A DNA stretch of 64,000 nt from an uncultured Dialister sp. (GTDB taxonomy: Bacteria > Bacillota > Negativicutes > Veillonellales > Dialisteraceae), in the NCBI GenBank assembly GCA_900545365.1, contig UQYL01000003.1, positions 41,829-105,828 on the forward strand. The letters are read 5' to 3'. This document shows, one piece after another, positions 48,128 to 57,450 of the stretch; the first letter of the stretch is position 1; the number at the start of each line of letters is the position of its first letter. The translations under genes were made by a program, and so were the position numbers. The notes under the pieces were generated by a model that was given only the letters and a program-made list of their open reading frames with translations, did not search any database and was not told the DNA's origin.

Positions 48128-48406
48128 ATGGAAGAGCTGGAGATCATCCGTGAAAAGATCCGGGAAATCGATAAAGACCTGATCGTCTTATTTGAAAAAC
48201 GTATGGCGCTTTCCCGGGAAGTGGCAGTCTGCAAGATGAAAAAGCAAATGCCCGTGTACGACGCGGGCCGGGAGGAAAAGAATATCCGCGAATTGTCTGA
48301 ACTTCTGACGGACATATCTGACCGGCCTTATTTCCGGAAGTGGTATCAGATGCTGATGGACGTATCGAAAGAAAAGCAACGGGATACAGAGAAGGAAGAG
48401 AAATGA
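48128..48406 (+). CDS. Chorismate mutase (AroQ class, monofunctional)
   Basis: 92 aa. LEIIREKIREIDKDLIVLFEKRMALSREVAVCK, PVYDAGREE is the typical CM_2 helix pattern. Confidence 0.75.
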   Translation: MEELEIIREKIREIDKDLIVLFEKRMALSREVAVCKMKKQMPVYDAGREEKNIRELSELLTDISDRPYFRKWYQMLMDVSKEKQRDTEKEEK

Positions 48407-50523
48407 CAGAAGAACTGCGGGGAGTTGTTGCAGCAATCGTTTTTCACAGCGCCGACGGCGTGTTCTGCGTATTTCGGATGAAACTGAAAGACAGCGGAAA
48501 ACTAATTACGGCGGCGGGTGAAGCGGGCACTCCTTCAGTCGGTCAGTCGGTGACAGTGCGGGGATGCTGGGTGCGGCATCCCCGTTTTGGCATGCAGTTC
48601 AAAGCGGAGGCTTTTGTAGAAAGCCGGCCGGAAAATGCGGAGGAGATCAGGGACTATCTGGCGTCCGGCAGCGTGGAAGGCATCGGTCCGCAGCTCGCGC
48701 AGCGGATCACCGACCGGTTCGGAAGCCGTACGCTGGAGATCATGGATGAAGATATGGAAGCGCTCCTCGACGTGCCCGGCATCGGACTGAAAAAACTGGA
48801 GCAGATACGGAAATCCTATGAGGAAGGGACTGCGCTCCGGACGCTCACCCTCACTTTGCAGGCGGCGTCCGTGCCGGTGCGCTTTGCCGCGTCTTTTTTG
48901 AAGACCTACGGAGAGGAAGCGGAGCATGTTCTGAAGAACGAGCCATATCGGGCCGTGTCGGAGATTCCGGGATTCAGCTTTCAGATGGCTGACCGCATCG
49001 CGCTGGCGGAGGGGCTGAGTCCGGGGAGCGAAGAGCGCATCCTGGGCGGTCTCTTTTACGTGCTGTCTCAATATGCATCCGAAGGCCACTGCTGCGTTCC
49101 GGCAGACGCGCTGTATTTCCAGACGGCGCAGACGCTGGGCCTAGCGCAGGAGCTGGTGGAATCAGCCGGACAGGAAGCGGAAGAGATCGGTGAAATTCCT
49201 TCCGTCATCTGGCGGGACCGGCTTTTTCTGTACCTGCCGTCGCTGTATGAAGCGGAGACGGAGTCCGCGCAGCGTCTGCGGGAGATGTCCGGCGCCGGAT
49301 ATATCGGAAGCGCGGCGCTGTCTATCCGAAAATTTGAAAAAGAAAACGGCATTGCGCTGGCGGAAGAGCAGAAACAGGCTGTCCGGTCGGCTATGGAATC
49401 GGGGCTGCTCATCATTACAGGCGGGCCTGGTACGGGAAAGACGACCATTATCCAGGCGATCATTACGGCAGCAGAGCAGCACCATATGAAAGTGCGGCTC
49501 ATGGCTCCGACAGGAAGAGCGGCAAAACGTCTGTCCATCGCCGCCGGGAGGAATGCGGATACCATTCATAAAGCACTGGAGGCGGAACGCCGCGGAGAGA
49601 AGACTTTTTTCGGAAAAAATGAGTCGGAACCGCTGCGGGAAGACCTGATCATTGTGGACGAATCATCCATGATGGATATGCTCCTGTTTTATCGGCTGCT
49701 GTGCGCCCTGAAACCCGGCGCGCGGCTGATCCTTGTGGGAGATATCGATCAGCTGCCGCCGGTCGGCCCCGGCGCCCCGCTGAAAGCGCTGATCGAGTGG
49801 GGCGAAGCGCCCGTAGTGCGCCTGCAGCGCATATTCCGTCAGAAAGAAGGCAGCGGCATCATACAGAACGCGGCGCGCATCCGTGAGGGGCTCATGCCGG
49901 AACCGGATCTGAGCGGAGATTTTCAGATCTGCTTTGCGGACAGTGAAGAGGAGGCCTATTCTCTGGTCATGACTCTCTGCCGGGAATATGGATACGAGAC
50001 AGATGAGAAGAAGTGGAATATGCAGGTGCTGTCGCCGATGTACCGGGGCCTGTGCGGCGTTGATCATCTGAATCGGGCCATTCAGCAGTATGTTCATGGC
50101 GGCGAGGTCTCCGGCTTTATGAAAGACGATAAAGTCATGCAGATGCGGAATGACTACGAAAAAGGCGTCTACAATGGCGATATCGGCCTTGTCTGGGCGG
50201 TGAACGGGAACCGGGTGTTCGTTCATTTTGCGGAGAAAGAAGTCGTTTATGAAGGCGATGAACGGCGGGATATCCAGCTGGCTTATGCGGTGACGGTGCA
50301 TAAAAGTCAGGGCAGCGAATATGATATGGTCATTCTCGTTCTGCTCCCGTCGCAGCGGATGATGCTTCAGCGGAATCTGCTGTATACCGGCGTGACCCGG
50401 GCGGGAAAGCGGACGATTCTGATCACCATGGGCGGCGCGCTGCAGACAGCTGTGCGCAGCCATAAGACTGCAGGCAGATGCAGCATGCTGCTGCCCCTGC
50501 TGGCTGGGGAGGCGCGGGAATGA
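48403..50523 (+). CDS. recD2: ATP-dependent RecD-like DNA helicase (RecD2, SF1B)
   Basis: Walker A GGPGTGKTT, then LVGDIDQLPPVGPG and YAVTVHKSQGSEY. ATGA overlap with the upstream stop. Confidence 0.9.
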   Translation: MTEELRGVVAAIVFHSADGVFCVFRMKLKDSGKLITAAGEAGTPSVGQSVTVRGCWVRHPRFGMQFKAEAFVESRPENAEEIRDYLASGSVEGIGPQLAQRITDRFGSRTLEIMDEDMEALLDVPGIGLKKLEQIRKSYEEGTALRTLTLTLQAASVPVRFAASFLKTYGEEAEHVLKNEPYRAVSEIPGFSFQMADRIALAEGLSPGSEERILGGLFYVLSQYASEGHCCVPADALYFQTAQTLGLAQELVESAGQEAEEIGEIPSVIWRDRLFLYLPSLYEAETESAQRLREMSGAGYIGSAALSIRKFEKENGIALAEEQKQAVRSAMESGLLIITGGPGTGKTTIIQAIITAAEQHHMKVRLMAPTGRAAKRLSIAAGRNADTIHKALEAERRGEKTFFGKNESEPLREDLIIVDESSMMDMLLFYRLLCALKPGARLILVGDIDQLPPVGPGAPLKALIEWGEAPVVRLQRIFRQKEGSGIIQNAARIREGLMPEPDLSGDFQICFADSEEEAYSLVMTLCREYGYETDEKKWNMQVLSPMYRGLCGVDHLNRAIQQYVHGGEVSGFMKDDKVMQMRNDYEKGVYNGDIGLVWAVNGNRVFVHFAEKEVVYEGDERRDIQLAYAVTVHKSQGSEYDMVILVLLPSQRMMLQRNLLYTGVTRAGKRTILITMGGALQTAVRSHKTAGRCSMLLPLLAGEARE

Positions 50524-51173
50524 ATCCGTGGAAAAAAGCATTGCTGGATCTCCTGTTTCCCTGCTGCTGTCCGGGATGCGGAAAAATGACCGATGCGGAG
50601 GCGCCATGGTGCGAAGACTGCATCCGGCTGTTCTGGCATCCCAGGCTGCTCAGCCGTTCCCATGACCGGGCGCTGGAAGGATGCTATGCCTGCTGTCAGT
50701 ATGAGGAAGGAATACGCCGGTGCATTATCGGTCTAAAATATAGTGGGAAAAAAGAATATGAAAGTTCCTTTCCCATGCTGCTTGACCGCTTTCCCTGGTG
50801 GGCGCGGCTGAAAAACTATGATGTGGCTGTTCCCGTGCCTCTCTCGGGAGAACGGAAAAAGGAGAGAGGCTATAACCAGTGCGACCTGATCTTTCAGACC
50901 TATATGAAGACGCTCGGAAAGCGGTACGATCCGGACATGCTGGTGAGAATACGTCCGACGGAAACACAATCGCTTCTGGATCAGGAGTCGCGGAAAGCAA
51001 ATGTGCGCGGCGTTTTTCATATTAACCGGGGCCGGGATATCCGGGGAGAAAATATATTGCTGCTCGACGACGTCTATACGACCGGCGCGACTATGCATGA
51101 AGCGGCGCGGGAATTGAAAAGGGCCGGCGCCTCATCGGTCATGGGGCTGGTCATGGCGAGCGGCGCTGACTGA
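50520..51173 (+). CDS. comFC: ComF-family protein (ComFC-like phosphoribosyltransferase)
   Basis: N-terminal Cys cluster (CCCPGCG, WCEDC) and PRTase motif ILLLDDVYTTGAT. ATGA overlap with the recD2 stop. Confidence 0.8.
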   Translation: MNPWKKALLDLLFPCCCPGCGKMTDAEAPWCEDCIRLFWHPRLLSRSHDRALEGCYACCQYEEGIRRCIIGLKYSGKKEYESSFPMLLDRFPWWARLKNYDVAVPVPLSGERKKERGYNQCDLIFQTYMKTLGKRYDPDMLVRIRPTETQSLLDQESRKANVRGVFHINRGRDIRGENILLLDDVYTTGATMHEAARELKRAGASSVMGLVMASGAD

Positions 51174-51177
51174 ACGT

Positions 51178-51219
51178 AAAAAAAGACCGTTTCCTCCATC
51201 CGGAAACGGTCTTTTTTAT
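51178..51219. terminator. Bidirectional terminator between convergent genes
   Basis: AAGACCGTTTCC / GGAAACGGTCTT stem, flanked by an A-run and a T-run. Confidence 0.85.
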
Positions 51220-51224
51220 TGGAA

Positions 51225-51830
51225 TTATTTGTATAGAATTTTCAGGAAAGAAAGCGTGATCTCCGGGTCAAAGAGCGTGCCGGAGCCGCTGAAAATGGCC
51301 TGTGATACTTCGCTTCTGGATTTCAGGTGGAAATCCGGGGCTGAATAAATCTTGCTGTCATAATAACTGGCGATGGCGATGATCCGTGCGCCGATGGGGA
51401 TATTTACATTTTGCAGATGTTTGGGATAGCCGCTCCCGTTCCACTGTTCATGGTGGAATCGGATATACGGGATCAGATCCTGACAGGCAGGATTTGTCTC
51501 AAGCATATTGGCGCCAAGTTCAGGATGTTTCTTATACAGCTGGTATTCTCTCGTCGTCAGATTCGGATAGCGCTCCAGAATGCGGTTGGGCATGGTTAAA
51601 AGACCTATGTCATGGAGGAGACCGGCATAGTGGATCAGCGTGACTTCGTTAGACGGCAGCCGCATGTAAAGCGCTGTCGTCCCGGCGAAATTGGCTACGC
51701 GGACAGAATGCTCGTAGAGCTGCTGCGATTTCAGACGCATCAAGTACGTGAAATGCAGAACGATATCTTCCAGTTCGTCCCGTATGCTTCCAAAGGCGGC
51801 AGGCGACTGGAAAAGAGAAGATGTATACAT
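51225..51830 (-). CDS. Stand-alone HD-GYP-type HD-domain phosphohydrolase
   Basis: HD motif LLHDIGLL and HHEQWNGSGYP, a variant of HHExxDGxGYP. ATG 51830 was chosen. The ORF-track start is TTG 51863. Confidence 0.8.
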   Translation of the reverse strand: MYTSSLFQSPAAFGSIRDELEDIVLHFTYLMRLKSQQLYEHSVRVANFAGTTALYMRLPSNEVTLIHYAGLLHDIGLLTMPNRILERYPNLTTREYQLYKKHPELGANMLETNPACQDLIPYIRFHHEQWNGSGYPKHLQNVNIPIGARIIAIASYYDSKIYSAPDFHLKSRSEVSQAIFSGSGTLFDPEITLSFLKILYK

Positions 51831-51908
51831 GGAATCACCCTGGTAAAACGGCAAAATACGCAAACAAAAAGCAGCGGCAGCTGCTCTTTGCTCGATCCTG
51901 CCCCGCTG

Positions 51909-52163
51909 TTACTGAGAAATGGAATGGCGCTTGAGCCAGGCAGTCATGTAAGAACATTCCGAGCGGATTTCTTTGTGCTGCTTCTGAGTGTAGTCCCAGG
52001 CTGCGGCGGCAAGCTGACCGGCAAGTCCTCTTCCGGAGAGGGCAGAGGGCACGACCGTATGAAGTACGGTGACAGACTGATCATCTTCCGCGTATTCCAG
52101 CCAGGAAACACCTTCCGGATTATCGATGGTGAATTTGTGGTTGGAGGCATCGTGATTAACCAT
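51909..52163 (-). CDS. Small GNAT-like protein (YjdJ/Acetyltransf_CG type)
   Basis: 84 aa. LHTVVPSALSGRGLAGQLAAAA and ECSYMTAWLKRH are typical of the single-domain family. RBS GGAGGGG. Confidence 0.65.
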   Translation of the reverse strand: MVNHDASNHKFTIDNPEGVSWLEYAEDDQSVTVLHTVVPSALSGRGLAGQLAAAAWDYTQKQHKEIRSECSYMTAWLKRHSISQ

Positions 52164-52186
52164 AATTTTCCCCTCCTTTTTTATGT

Positions 52187-52215
52187 ATTGTAATGGATTT
52201 TCCGCGGTTCGTCAA
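52187..52215 (-). promoter_or_regulatory. Candidate SigA promoter of the GNAT-like gene
   Basis: Minus strand: TTGACG (52215-52210), 17-nt spacer, TACAAT (52192-52187). Confidence 0.55.
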
Positions 52216-52224
52216 AACGGCAGC

Positions 52225-52267
52225 AAAAAAGAGAGACCTCTTCATAAAGAGGAGTCTCTCTTTTTTT
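52225..52267 (-). terminator. Terminator downstream of the gamma-CA-like gene (structure is bidirectional)
   Basis: GAGAGACCTC / GAGTCTCTC stem, flanked by A6 and T7 runs. Confidence 0.8.
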
Positions 52268-52271
52268 GCTT

Positions 52272-52829
52272 TCAGAATACTTTGCTTCCGTCGTACGTTT
52301 CGCCGCCGATGTTCGGATTGGCGCCGTACTGCACGGCCCATTCCCATTTATATTTCAGAGCCTGTTCATGAAGATTTCGGATGACGTCCTGCTTGCGGAC
52401 GACTTTTCCCGGAACGCCGACGACCAGAGAATTCGGCGGAATGACCTGATCCTGCAGGACCAGAGCGCCGGCAGCAATGATAGAACCTCTGCCGATCTTC
52501 GCGCCGGTGAGGACGGTGGCGTGCATCCCGATCAGGACATGGTCTTCAATCTCACAGCCATGTACGCAGGCGCAGTGGCCGATGGTCACATAATCGCCGA
52601 TGATGCAGGGATTGTGATCAGCGACGTGCAGGCAGACAAGATCCTGGACATTGCTGCATTTTCCGATGGAAATATAATTCACGTCGCCCCGCGCCACGAC
52701 GCCGGGCCAGAGGCTGGCTTCTTCCGCGACGCGGACATCGCCGTACAAATGGACGCCGGGAGCGACGAACGCATTATCGTCGATCTGTGGAGAGATTCCT
52801 TTGAAGCTTTGAGAAGTAAGGGTATACAT
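52272..52829 (-). CDS. Gamma-carbonic-anhydrase-family (hexapeptide-repeat) protein
   Basis: 185 aa, left-handed beta-helix repeats (FVAPGVHLYGDVRV, IGDYVTIGHCACVHG). RBS GGAGGA. Confidence 0.85.
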   Translation of the reverse strand: MYTLTSQSFKGISPQIDDNAFVAPGVHLYGDVRVAEEASLWPGVVARGDVNYISIGKCSNVQDLVCLHVADHNPCIIGDYVTIGHCACVHGCEIEDHVLIGMHATVLTGAKIGRGSIIAAGALVLQDQVIPPNSLVVGVPGKVVRKQDVIRNLHEQALKYKWEWAVQYGANPNIGGETYDGSKVF

Positions 52830-52868
52830 AGAGCAGTCCTCCTTTTAAAAGTTACAAGAAATAAATCG

Positions 52869-53816
52869 TCAAATCCGCAGAAGCTGCGCGCCCAGCGCCA
52901 GGCGTTCTTCTGTTTCGGAAACCAGTTCAGCCATAATTTCCTGTACGGGCTGAATGCGGTTGAGCCGATTCAGCGACATGCCGACGAGGATAAATCCGTT
53001 TTCCGTATCGCCTTCCATGGCGCCTTTCCAGTTGGTCCCTCTGGCGAGAGCCATCAGTTCTTCTGCCGGCGCGCCGCTGTATTCTTTCTGCAGATACGCT
53101 TCGCTCCATTTATTTTTCAGACCGCGGACGCTGTCGTTTTTCGTAAATCCGGTCACGGTAGAATCCGTATCGACGGCGTCGATGATGGCCTGCTTGGCCT
53201 TCGGATGAAGGATACATTCCTCCGCGAGAAGGAAGCGGGAGCCCATCTGCACGCCGGATGCGCCCATGAGCAGCGCGGCGGCAATGCCGCGGCCGTCTAC
53301 GATGCCGCCCGCCGCGATGACAGGGATCTCTACTTCGGGGATGACATTTTCCATGAGAGCCATGGTCGTCAGTTTGCCGTCATGGCCGCCGGCTTCCATG
53401 CCCTCGATGACAAGGGCGTCTGCGCCTTTGTCCTGCACGCGCGCGGCGAGCTTCGCATTGGGCACGACGGGAATACATTTGACGCCGTGCGACTGCAGCG
53501 GTTCAAAATAAGGAACCGGATTTCCTGCGCCGATCGTGACAAACGCCAGTTTTTCATCACAGACGAGCTGCGCCACATCATCTTTATTGGGGGACTGCAG
53601 CATCAGATTGACGCCAAAAGGCTTATCCGTCATATCTTTCGTGCGGCGGATCTGTTCGCGGACCGTGTCAATATCAGCGCCGCCCGTGGCAATGACGCCT
53701 GTGCCGCCGGCATGGCAGACGGCTGCTACGAGATTGGACTCCGAGAGGTAGGCCATAGCGCCCTGGATGATCGGATAGTTGATTCCAAGAAGTTCAGTGA
53801 TTTTGGTTTTCCACAT
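52869..53816 (-). CDS. NAD(P)H-dependent flavin oxidoreductase (nitronate monooxygenase / FabK-like)
   Basis: LGINYPIIQGAM and IPVIAAGGIVDGRG are NMO-family FMN motifs. ATG 53816 follows AAAGGAGG. Confidence 0.8.
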   Translation of the reverse strand: MWKTKITELLGINYPIIQGAMAYLSESNLVAAVCHAGGTGVIATGGADIDTVREQIRRTKDMTDKPFGVNLMLQSPNKDDVAQLVCDEKLAFVTIGAGNPVPYFEPLQSHGVKCIPVVPNAKLAARVQDKGADALVIEGMEAGGHDGKLTTMALMENVIPEVEIPVIAAGGIVDGRGIAAALLMGASGVQMGSRFLLAEECILHPKAKQAIIDAVDTDSTVTGFTKNDSVRGLKNKWSEAYLQKEYSGAPAEELMALARGTNWKGAMEGDTENGFILVGMSLNRLNRIQPVQEIMAELVSETEERLALGAQLLRI

Positions 53817-54117
53817 ACGGGAGCCTCCTTTGTAAGTAATAATCAATTATATGATCTTTTTATACAAAAACACATATCTATACCATATCTGCATTATATG
53901 GGGTTTTATGGGGGTTGTAAAGCTGAGAAACGCATAAGAAAAAGACTTTCTTTATTTTGAGAACATGGGAATATCCGATGCATTTCGCGGAAAAGGCATT
54001 GCTGTGCGCCTGTACGGCAACAGGCGTAATAGAATCATTTTATGACAGCCTTTCATGCGGAGAAAGAAGAAATATGATATACTAAATGTGTAAATAGATG
54101 TATGATTTTATGCCAGT

Positions 54118-54152
54118 CGGGACACAATTTGTCCACTGGGATGGGAGGTGAA
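54118..54152 (+). promoter_or_regulatory. CggR operator-like element
   Basis: CGGGAC-N6-TGTC (54118-54133) matches the B. subtilis CggR half-site exactly. The second repeat is degenerate (TGGGAT-N6-TGAA) and overlaps the cggR SD. Confidence 0.5.
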
Positions 54153-54155
54153 TTT

Positions 54156-55190
54156 GTGGAAGAGGAATCTCTGCTGTCGCTTCTTGTTCCTGAGATCATG
54201 GAACAGGCGGCGGAACGATATGAAGTGCTTCGTCAGATTGCTCTTTCACAGCCGGTAGGGAGACGATCGCTGGCAGTACAGACAAAACTGACAGAGCGGA
54301 TTGTGCGGGGACACGTGGAAGTGATGGAGCGTTCCGGCCTTGTGAACGTACAGCCCAATGGGATCCGCCTGACGGAAAAGGGAGAAATGGTGCTGGCGCC
54401 GCTGGCCAGATATTTTTTAAAGCGGCCTTCTTTTGCGGAATTGGAGCGGCACCTGAAAGATGTTTTATCCATGAAGCGGGTCATTCTGGTCCATGGAGAC
54501 ATGGATCAGGATGAGATCGTGAAAAAGAATGTAGGGCAGGAAGCGGCGCTGATTCTGAGCCGTTTTCTGAAGCACGGGCAGATCATCGCCGTGAGCGGCG
54601 GGACGACGATGTCGGCGCTGGCGTCGGCACTGCCCCGTCTGAATCTCGATGTGACGGTCGTACCGGCGCGGGGAGGCTTCGGCGAGAAGATCGAATACCA
54701 GGCTAATACCATAGCGGCGGTTACTGCGGGAAAGATCGGCGGAACGTACCGTATGCTTCACATCCCGGACGGTTTCAGCCCGGAACTGATCGATATGCTC
54801 CGCCGGGAAACGCCGGATCTTAATGAGATCGAGTCACTGATCCATCGTGCGGATATTCTGGCGATCGGCGTGGGAGAAGCCAACCGCATGGCACAGCGGC
54901 ATCAGCTGGAATCCGGACGGAAAAACCGGCTGATCGCAGAAGGCGCCTGCGGGGAAGCGTTGGGGCTTTATGCGGATATTAAAGGGGATATCCTCTACCG
55001 CATGAATAATGTCGGTATTACGCTGGAAGAACTGGGGTCTATTCCGACGGTCATCATCGCCGCCGGCGGCGCATCCAAAGGCTCGGCCATACTTGCGATG
55101 GCGCGGGCCGGGGTGAGAGGCATCCTGGTGACCGATGAAGGAGCGGGGAAAGAGATTCTCAGGCTTTCCGCAAAAGAGAGCATTCAGTGA
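54156..55190 (+). CDS. cggR: Central glycolytic genes regulator (SorC family)
   Basis: GTG 54156 lies 7 nt after GGGAGG. About 344 aa with an N-terminal wHTH plus a SorC sugar-phosphate-binding domain. Directly upstream of gap. Confidence 0.85.
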   Translation: MEEESLLSLLVPEIMEQAAERYEVLRQIALSQPVGRRSLAVQTKLTERIVRGHVEVMERSGLVNVQPNGIRLTEKGEMVLAPLARYFLKRPSFAELERHLKDVLSMKRVILVHGDMDQDEIVKKNVGQEAALILSRFLKHGQIIAVSGGTTMSALASALPRLNLDVTVVPARGGFGEKIEYQANTIAAVTAGKIGGTYRMLHIPDGFSPELIDMLRRETPDLNEIESLIHRADILAIGVGEANRMAQRHQLESGRKNRLIAEGACGEALGLYADIKGDILYRMNNVGITLEELGSIPTVIIAAGGASKGSAILAMARAGVRGILVTDEGAGKEILRLSAKESIQ

Positions 55191-55250
55191 GACAGGAAAA
55201 TTCTTTTATTATAAAGCGGTATTGTAAATTGTTTTCAGGAGGTAATGGAA

Positions 55251-56258
55251 ATGGCAACAAAAATCGGCATCAATGGATTTGGCAGAATCGGACGTCTTGT
55301 ATTCCGGGTCATGCTGGAGCGCGATGATTTTGAAATTACGGCGATCAACAATCCGAGCGGCGCGGAAACAGCGGCGTATCTGGCGAAGTATGACACGGTG
55401 CACGGCAGATTGGAAAAAGACATCCTCGTAGAAGGCGATGATCTCCTGATCGACGGGCACCGGATCCATGTGTTCCATGACAGAGATCCGGAAAATCTGA
55501 AATGGGAAGATTATGGGGTGCAGATGGTCATCGAATCAACGGGCAAGCTGAAAGATCATGAAAGCGCCGGAAAGCACATTCACGGCACGGTAAAGAAAGT
55601 CATCATTACGGCTCCGGGCAAAGATGATGACGCGACTCTCGTCATGGGCGTCAATGAGAACAGCTACAATCCGGAAACAGACCATATCATTTCCAATGCG
55701 TCCTGCACGACGAACTGCCTGGCGCCGGTAGTCAAGGTGCTGAATGAGACATTCGGCATCCGCCGCGGCATGATGACGACGGTTCATTCCTACACGAACG
55801 ACCAGGCGATTCTGGAAAAAGCGCATAAAGATCCGCGAAGAGGAAGAGCGGCGGCGGAAAATATCATTCCCACGTCGACCGGCGCGGCAAAAGCGATCGG
55901 CGCGGTCATTCCCGAATTAAAAGGAAAGCTGAACGGACTGGCGATCCGCGTTCCCACGCCGGATGTTTCTCTTGTGGACCTGTCCTGCGAAGTAGAAAGA
56001 AAAGTGACAAAAGAAGAGGTCAATGCGGCCCTGAAGGCAGCGGCGGAAGGCGAGCTGAAAGGCATTCTGGCATATACGGATGAGCCGCTCGTTTCCAGCG
56101 ATTTCCGCGGAACGAATGTGAGCAGCACCGTAGACGGAGATCTCACGATGGTTGTCGACGGCGATCTGGTCAAAGTGATCGCATGGTACGACAATGAATG
56201 GGGATATTCCTGCCGAATCGCTGATCTGGCTGCATTTGTGGCGTCAAAGGGGTTATAA
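55251..56258 (+). CDS. gap: Type I glyceraldehyde-3-phosphate dehydrogenase
   Basis: INGFGRIGR. Catalytic motif SNASCTTNCLAP. ATG 55251 lies 8 nt after AGGAGG. Confidence 0.96.
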   Translation: MATKIGINGFGRIGRLVFRVMLERDDFEITAINNPSGAETAAYLAKYDTVHGRLEKDILVEGDDLLIDGHRIHVFHDRDPENLKWEDYGVQMVIESTGKLKDHESAGKHIHGTVKKVIITAPGKDDDATLVMGVNENSYNPETDHIISNASCTTNCLAPVVKVLNETFGIRRGMMTTVHSYTNDQAILEKAHKDPRRGRAAAENIIPTSTGAAKAIGAVIPELKGKLNGLAIRVPTPDVSLVDLSCEVERKVTKEEVNAALKAAAEGELKGILAYTDEPLVSSDFRGTNVSSTVDGDLTMVVDGDLVKVIAWYDNEWGYSCRIADLAAFVASKGL

Positions 56259-56260
56259 AA

Positions 56261-57448
56261 ATGAAACAGACTGTATATGACGTTTCCTTTGCGGGAAAAA
56301 CCGTTTATGTCAGAGTGGACTACAATGTTCCTCATGAAGCGGACGGGACGATAAAAGACGACCGCCGGATCAGAGCGACTGTGCCGACGATCAGGTATCT
56401 GCTTGATCAGGGGGCGGCGGTCGTTCTGGCAAGCCATATGGGGCGGCCGAAGGGAGAATACAAACCGGAGCTGTCTCTCAGAAAAGCAGGCGAGCGGTTG
56501 TCGGAACTGCTCGGCATGCCGGTCGGATTTGCGGAAGACTGCGTCGGCGAGAAAACGGACGCGATGAAAGCGGCGCTCCGGCCCGGCGAAGTCCTGCTGC
56601 TGGAAAATCTCCGCTTCCATAAGGAAGAAGAAAAAAATGACCCGGCATTTGCGGAAGCGCTGGTCCGCGGCTGCAGCACGGCGGTCAATGACGCTTTCGG
56701 CGTTTCGCACCGCGCTCATGCTTCTGTCGTGGGCGTTGGCAAACTGCTCCCAATGGCGGCGGGCTTGCTTCTGAAAAAAGAGATCGATTTTCTGGAAGGT
56801 GTGATCGATCATCCGCAGCGGCCCTTTGCGGCGATCATCGGAGGCGCGAAGATCAGCGATAAGATCCATGTCATTGCGAATCTGATGGAAAAAGCGGATG
56901 TCATTTTGATCGGCGGCGGCATGGCAAATACATTTGTTGCGGCAGAAGGCCATGATATGGGGAAATCCCTTCAGGATAAAGACCGGTTTGATCTGGCGAG
57001 AGAGCTCATGGCGAGAGCGGAAAAACTTGGAGCCAGGATGCTTCTGCCCGTAGACTTTACCGCAGGAGATGCCTTCTCGGAAAAGGCCAATGTGAAAGTG
57101 CTGACGGCGGAAGAATTTTCCGATCCGTGGATGGCGCTTGATATCGGACCGAAGACCATTGATCTGTATATGGATACACTGAAAAAGATGAAGACCGTCG
57201 TTTGGAACGGGCCGATGGGCGTTTTTGAAATGGAGCCTTTCTCCAAAGGCACCTTTACCATTGCGAAAGCGTTGGCCGAGATCGATGCGACGACTGTCGT
57301 CGGCGGCGGCGAATCGGCAGAAGTCGTGGATAAACTGGGCTTGGAAGACCGTCTGTCCCACGTGTCTACCGGCGGCGGCGCATCGCTGGAAATGCTGGAA
57401 GGCATGGTGCTTCCGGGCATCGCTGTGCTGGCAGATAAGGAGGCCTGA
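56261..57448 (+). CDS. pgk: Phosphoglycerate kinase
   Basis: 395 aa. RVDYNVP, LLLENLRFHKEE, STGGGASLE. Confidence 0.97.
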   Translation: MKQTVYDVSFAGKTVYVRVDYNVPHEADGTIKDDRRIRATVPTIRYLLDQGAAVVLASHMGRPKGEYKPELSLRKAGERLSELLGMPVGFAEDCVGEKTDAMKAALRPGEVLLLENLRFHKEEEKNDPAFAEALVRGCSTAVNDAFGVSHRAHASVVGVGKLLPMAAGLLLKKEIDFLEGVIDHPQRPFAAIIGGAKISDKIHVIANLMEKADVILIGGGMANTFVAAEGHDMGKSLQDKDRFDLARELMARAEKLGARMLLPVDFTAGDAFSEKANVKVLTAEEFSDPWMALDIGPKTIDLYMDTLKKMKTVVWNGPMGVFEMEPFSKGTFTIAKALAEIDATTVVGGGESAEVVDKLGLEDRLSHVSTGGGASLEMLEGMVLPGIAVLADKEA

Positions 57449-57450
57449 TC

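Noticed and set aside
52266-53960. 564-aa + strand ORF antisense to the gamma-CA-like and NMO genes
   Set aside because: The minus-strand genes have clear family motifs, SD sequences and a terminator. The + strand frame has none, so it is a shadow ORF.
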